A stretch of 64,000 bases of DNA. Source: Candidatus Bathyarchaeota archaeon. Its GTDB lineage: Archaea; Thermoproteota; Bathyarchaeia; Bathyarchaeales; Bathycorpusculaceae. The translations under genes were made by a program, and so were the position numbers. This document shows, in pieces, positions 59,016 through 64,000 of this stretch. Within the stretch, counting starts at the first letter, position 1. Each line of letters begins with the position of its first letter. Where the stretch lies: assembly GCA_963782525.1 (NCBI GenBank), contig CAWAKC010000001.1, positions 448,001 through 512,000 of the forward strand. The letters are read 5' to 3'. Below the pieces are notes generated by a model that made no database searches, was not told the DNA's origin, and saw only the letters and a list, made by a program, of their open reading frames with translations.

Positions 59016-59600
59016 TTAAACAGAAGTGGATTTGGGGTTTTTAATCTCAAAAACCATGGGCGCCACAGAATTGCGTATCTCCAACTCGATGTCGAGCAGC
59101 CCTTGCAATAGTCCCTTCCAAATCTCGCAGTCATGAATGAACGGAGATTTGAGCAACAAGAACTTGTCTTTCAAGTAAAAGTCACCGAACCCCTGAACTT
59201 TTAGCCGTTTGAAGATGGCTTCCCAATTTTCCTGCTTGCCTGCATCTACCCCAAGGGTGGATTGTATTGAAACTTTTAGGGCATCACCCATCTTTTCGCC
59301 GACTGCAGGCCATCTCTCTTTGGGGATCTGTTGAGTAAGTATGTTGAGCAATTCGACGTTGACGAAGGCGGTTCGGCTTATTCCACAGTAGTATTCGCCT
59401 GGGAAGTGCCAATCGTAAATCATCATGTTCTTGTAGATGTCGAGCATTTTTGAGATGAGCGGTTTGATGCCGGGTTCTTTGCCTTCTTTAATTAGCGACT
59501 CGATGAATTCACGTTCAGCTTTCTCGAGGATGATGGTTGTTCTTTTTGCTTCATCATTCTTCTCTGATGGCGCTTCAGAGATGTTTCGTCTATCAGGCAT
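59016..59600 (-). CDS. Putative regulator: ribbon-helix-helix N-terminus plus V4R-like domain
   Basis: KRTTIIL...EFIESLIKEG (RHH-like). VGEKMG...QGFGDF...KGLLQGLL (V4R-like). Confidence 0.55.
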   Translation of the reverse strand: MPDRRNISEAPSEKNDEAKRTTIILEKAEREFIESLIKEGKEPGIKPLISKMLDIYKNMMIYDWHFPGEYYCGISRTAFVNVELLNILTQQIPKERWPAVGEKMGDALKVSIQSTLGVDAGKQENWEAIFKRLKVQGFGDFYLKDKFLLLKSPFIHDCEIWKGLLQGLLDIELEIRNSVAPMVFEIKNPKSTSV

Positions 59601-59896
59601 AGCCCCTATTCTTCTAGGAATATTTAATATGTCTTATGTATTCAGTAAGCATATTCAAACTCTGCAATTACATGCGTTTACTTTCCGGTTGTGCGAGCTG
59701 ACAAAGCAGAACCCTAAAAATATAATTTAGCCGGAAGTTTTCAGGGTTTATTTTCTTCAGTTTTGGGAAGAGTGCACCCGCCTTTTTTATTTGAACCTGC
59801 CTTTATCGAGGTAATCGTTTAGAGTTCAGTTTAAATTCTTTCCAAGGAATTACACCATGAGCCGGTGGAGAATCAACAGGGTTTTTGGTTCAACTT

Positions 59897-60307
59897 CTAA
59901 GTATTTTTCTTGGTTAACATCGGAGAAGTCTCCATGTCTTTCATGAAAACACCCCAAATTTGTCCAATTGTATCCGCAAACTTGCGATGAACTTTGTATA
60001 AAGTTTTGAAGTAAAGTTTGGTTGCCTGTTCGTATTCTGCTTGCGCCATTCTCTCTCCATGTTCAGGCAAGCATAATTTGTATGCTTCGTCTATTGCTGA
60101 GTCAAGAGTCTTCTTTGCTTCCTTTACTAACAGGTTGTCTTGGGTGTAAATGTCCCATGCTTTTTTGATTCCATCTCGATAAGCTCTTCTTGATTCTCTT
60201 ACTTTCTCTTCGTCTTTAGTCAGCGGCTTCCTTTCCCTTATCAAATGTCCCCAACTTGCGCTAACTTCGATTCTGAAGAACTGCTTTGCGTTCATGTTTA
60301 TCGCCAC
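59897..60307 (-). CDS. Hypothetical helical protein
   Basis: 136-aa ORF, no family recognised. Confidence 0.5.
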   Translation of the reverse strand: MAINMNAKQFFRIEVSASWGHLIRERKPLTKDEEKVRESRRAYRDGIKKAWDIYTQDNLLVKEAKKTLDSAIDEAYKLCLPEHGERMAQAEYEQATKLYFKTLYKVHRKFADTIGQIWGVFMKDMETSPMLTKKNT

Positions 60308-60876
60308 CCTACAATTAGAGAGCAGACGGCAACATAAACTTGTTAATGAAGGGTGGAGAAGATGGAGATGTCACCCGCATTTCCCATTTTTTTAATTTGT
60401 TCTAACCAATAATCAAGACTAAAATAATCCTAAAACGTTAACCCGCAATCGTCAATGCCATTGCAAGTAGTCAAAAGTTCGATGTCACACATCTTCGGCT
60501 GAACTTCAATTATTACTACTTCATCATCCATATCAAACCCATAAAATAATATCACCAATTTGGAGTTTTAAGAGCTCCCTCCACAAAAACAGCAATCTAA
60601 GTCACTTAAACTGCACTAATGAACAGAAAAGTTAGCCATTAAACTGTTCTTTTCAGTTTAAGTCACCATTAAATTCATGCAAGAATTCACAAACATCCAC
60701 GATTGTTTCAGGAAGAAGGAACGAAAAGATTGTTTTCTTAGTTTGATTCATAAGTGACATAAGAATCAATGGGCGCGTGCAAAAACGCTTGGAGTTTTAA
60801 GAGATTTCTTAACTATTACAGAAAAGCAATAACTATTATATTGAAAGGCGCTTTATCCGATAAGATAGGTGATTTC

Positions 60877-61569
60877 ATGGTTACATTTGATCCTGACTTT
60901 ACGGAAGTTGTCTTTTTTGATATTGAATGTTACGTACCTCCCGAAGACCAAGAAAAACAGGGTAAAAGTTCATTAGTTTTTAATGCCGCCAAATCCAGCC
61001 ACTTCATTCTTGGCGGTGTGTTTCGTCAAATGTTTCCTTGCAAAGGTAAGAGGGAACCTGAGCCGGCTTCTCATATTTGGAATTTTCGAAGGGATGATGA
61101 AAAATCAACGTTAATAGATATTTACGAATACTTTAACAGATGTTGGGAAGCAATAGATAAGCGAAGCAGAAGAGATAATCCTGACTTAATTCTTGTGGGT
61201 ACTGGAATTTCATGTCATGATATTCCAGCGCTTTATGTGCGGTCTGTAAAACACAATATTGCCACAAAAGAGGAGTTATACGAAACTTACTTCAAAGCAA
61301 AAGTTGTTGATTTAGGAGAAGCGGCAATTCCGTTATTCAATAAAAACGCGAACGTTTATCCGCTTTACCCCAAAACTGACGACGAATTACTAAAGGAACT
61401 TGGCATAAAAAGTACAAAATCATCTGGAAAAAAAGTGTGGAACATGTATGAGGCTAATGATTTTGAGGGAATCAAAGCCAGAACAACCGCAGAAGTTGAG
61501 GATGCAATAGCGATGGCTGCTGCGATAATTAAAAGGTGTCCAGAATCTCCAAAATCGAAGTCACCTTAG
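60877..61569 (+). CDS. RNase H-like 3'-5' exonuclease (DEDD) family protein
   Basis: FFDIECY ExoI motif, G.GI..HDIP, VDL. AGGTGA RBS before ATG 60877. Confidence 0.65.
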   Translation: MVTFDPDFTEVVFFDIECYVPPEDQEKQGKSSLVFNAAKSSHFILGGVFRQMFPCKGKREPEPASHIWNFRRDDEKSTLIDIYEYFNRCWEAIDKRSRRDNPDLILVGTGISCHDIPALYVRSVKHNIATKEELYETYFKAKVVDLGEAAIPLFNKNANVYPLYPKTDDELLKELGIKSTKSSGKKVWNMYEANDFEGIKARTTAEVEDAIAMAAAIIKRCPESPKSKSP

Positions 61570-61639
61570 AATACATAGGTTCCCAGAAAAACTGTCATTT
61601 CACTTGTGGGAATCATTGACGTTTTAGAGACCTAGTTCT

Positions 61640-62374
61640 AATCAAGGAAGCTTTTTTCTGAAGAAATTAAGTTCTACAGCTACAGCCTTGATGTATTGAA
61701 TGAGTCTGCAACAGAAATATCGAATCAGTTTAGAAACAAGAAACTCCAAGACAATGTTACGAGGGATTGGGCTGTTCTTACCATATCCAATAAGATTATG
61801 GATACAGCCAAAGCTCACCTTGATTTGGTTTCTAAGGGATATCACTTCGATTCTCAAATTCTCTTATGCTGCATGTTGGAAAATGTCTGGGTGATGGATT
61901 AGTTATTCAAAAAAGAGAATAACGTGTAAGAATGGATAGGAGACATACACGGAAATTTGAAACCTAGTAACATAAGAAAACAACTCGGATTGCCCGATTT
62001 TACTAAATATTATTATGGCTTCCTCAGCGAACATGTACACTCAAGCTCTTCAGCGATTTCTCATTTTGGCAATTTTTGGTCTCGCGGCAGCAAATATAAC
62101 TTTCGCGAAATGGAGGAAAGCGATTTCACGAAAAATTGAACATTTGGAAGCATCACGCGTAAACAAGCACTCGTTTAGCCCAGATGTTGAGACGTACGCT
62201 TTGAACATCCTGTACAACCACTACAACAACTTTTTTGAGCCAAAAACCAAAGTGATGATTGAAGAAATTACAAAACAAATGAATGAGAATTCGGAAAAAG
62301 CTTTAGCCGAATTCGAGAAGACCAAGAATAGAAAATCGGCAATTAACCTCCGAAAAACAGGAGAGAACAGATAA
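61640..62374 (+). pseudogene. Fragmented gene (DUF5677/HEPN-like)
   Basis: Consecutive + strand fragments with stops and frameshifts. YYGFLSEHVHSS motif. Confidence 0.45.
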
Positions 62375-62561
62375 GATGATGTCGCACCTTGTCTAAATGC
62401 TTTGATTCATAATACCCAATCAATTTTCAGGCTCAATTTCTAGTCAATTGTTAAATTTTGACAAGAACCAGCCGCCATCCAAGGCATCGAATATTCAAAA
62501 CTACTTTTGTAAACCCTAATTTTTACAGGCAAAATAGATTTGTAAAAAAAATAAAAGAGGT

Positions 62562-63128
62562 TTAGAGTTTTTTGGTCAGCTCGTGGCGTATCCACCAGAC
62601 GACTCCTACTATTGCAGGAATTGCAAAGATTGCAACTATCCAGAGCAGTATCGTCACCATTGAACCCACGACGTAGTCTAAAGTGTAAGTTGAGATGGCA
62701 ACATTCCAATTTCCGTCAACATAGACTTTGATTGCGAAGGCAATAAAGAGCAACGGCGAAATAGCTCCTCCAGCACTGCTTGACCGTGACCGCTTCCAAG
62801 AGAGGCCGCTCTTTTCTGCATCAGGTACTCTTTTCCACCATTGCCAACCCAGTGTTGCACCGATAGCTACGGGGATTCCGATTAAGACAAGCTCCCAGAA
62901 GATTGCATGCAGAATAAAAGATATCGAGTTACCCATCGTCCACATGCCAAGAGTTGAAGGGACTAACCCTGTTGACTGGGCATTTCCAGTGAACCAGACA
63001 AACACGTAAATTAAGCCTGCAAACGCCAAAATGGCTGCTGTAATAAAAAGGGCAAAGGCTGGCCAGTGCTTTCTTAGGAACAGCTGCCAGCCATAGCTTG
63101 TTTGGGTTTCAACTTGTTCAGTTGTCAT
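62562..63128 (-). CDS. Polytopic membrane protein
   Basis: About 4 TM segments, Trp-rich. Confidence 0.7.
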   Translation of the reverse strand: MTTEQVETQTSYGWQLFLRKHWPAFALFITAAILAFAGLIYVFVWFTGNAQSTGLVPSTLGMWTMGNSISFILHAIFWELVLIGIPVAIGATLGWQWWKRVPDAEKSGLSWKRSRSSSAGGAISPLLFIAFAIKVYVDGNWNVAISTYTLDYVVGSMVTILLWIVAIFAIPAIVGVVWWIRHELTKKL

Positions 63129-63152
63129 GTTCTTCGCCGTTTAGAGTCGGTT

Positions 63153-63779
63153 TTAGTTGGCTTGTGTTGTTTGGTTCGGCTGGGTAGGTGGCTGCTGTGA
63201 GAATCCGTATCCGTTGGCGTAGGGTTGGTAGTCTTTGGGCTTCATGCTAAAGAAGCCAATTGTGGCAAAGATCCATGCGACGAGTATCAGTATTAAGCCT
63301 ATGCCGATGATTGTTAATGCGGCACCAACTATGAACAACGTGCCTGCGGTAGTGAAGGATGATTCGCCTGTTTTCTGTCCCATTGTTTCAAAGACTTTTC
63401 TTAGGTGTATTGCAGCAAGCAAGTAGAACACAAATGCGACTACGAGTCCAACTAAGATTGCAACGACGCCTCCTACGAAGCCTAAAGCAAGCGATGGAGC
63501 AACACCAGAGAATAACCCAAAGCTGGCAAAGCTTATCACGCCAACGCCGATGGCCACTGCTGCCGCGATTAGGGCAACTATGTAGTATTTTAGACCTGCC
63601 AAAGTGTTCCGATAGATGCTTTCATCCTTGTAGTAATAGGATAGTTCTTTCATTGCTTTAAGTAGTAGGACTATGCCAACTATGCCAAGGACCCATCCTA
63701 CGGTTGGAACTAAGCCAAGTAAAAGCAGGATTCCGCCTTCGCCGGCCAATGTTTTGCTATACTGAAAGTTCACATTCAT
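63153..63779 (-). CDS. DUF996-family membrane protein
   Basis: K.L.G.G.ILL...IVG.VL...LS..Y....I..N...TGESSF.TAG.L..GA.L.IIGIG. GGAGG RBS. Confidence 0.75.
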   Translation of the reverse strand: MNVNFQYSKTLAGEGGILLLLGLVPTVGWVLGIVGIVLLLKAMKELSYYYKDESIYRNTLAGLKYYIVALIAAAVAIGVGVISFASFGLFSGVAPSLALGFVGGVVAILVGLVVAFVFYLLAAIHLRKVFETMGQKTGESSFTTAGTLFIVGAALTIIGIGLILILVAWIFATIGFFSMKPKDYQPYANGYGFSQQPPTQPNQTTQAN

Positions 63780-64000
63780 TTTGTTTTTCCTCCGAATTTT
63801 TTTCCGCTGAAATCCCTATAGCGACCTCGGGATATAGCCCTAACATTTGGAACTGCGTATCTGAACTTTAGAGGAAGGACTCTAAGGGTTAGAGTCATAA
63901 GCAAAAGACCAAAAACATGGAAAAACTACAGTTAAAAAGAGTTTAATTTATCTGCGCCTTCCCCAAATATCACTGCAGGGCTAAGCATTGGCGAAATCCC

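Noticed and set aside
1-64000. CRISPR array, rRNA, intact transposase or integrase, reverse transcriptase/DGR
   Set aside because: I saw no regularly spaced repeats and no recognisable ORFs of these classes. Propeller paralog variation is ordinary divergence, with no template/variable repeat pair seen.

Overview
This is an archaeal chromosome segment. The gene set (tfe, trm56, hflX, mbf1, nac, CTP-dependent ribK, ADP-forming acdA) is archaeal, and the expanded PQQ-like beta-propeller surface proteins suggest Bathyarchaeia (inference). Bases 1-36 kb are accessory. They hold a terminase 3' end and seven paralogous ~830-970 aa secreted, membrane-anchored beta-propeller proteins on the - strand. 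Interleaved with these are two 7TM-protein + wHTH pairs, three copies of an unknown ~90-aa protein, a tandem Lrp/AsnC regulator, a tRNA-Val with displaced 5' and 3' half-copies, and several pseudogenes (aqpM, DUF72, a decayed restriction endonuclease beside a DNA MTase). Four propeller promoters share a palindrome, CTCAC-N5-G(T/C)GAG, exactly 6 bp from a TATA-like box, which suggests an undescribed regulon. Structured intergenic elements displaying anti-Shine-Dalgarno sequence are candidate sRNAs. Bases 36-59 kb are housekeeping, including a hisGDCBHAFI operon lacking hisE. Bases 59-64 kb hold hypotheticals and a decayed gene. All family calls come from motif recognition by eye; no database searches were run.
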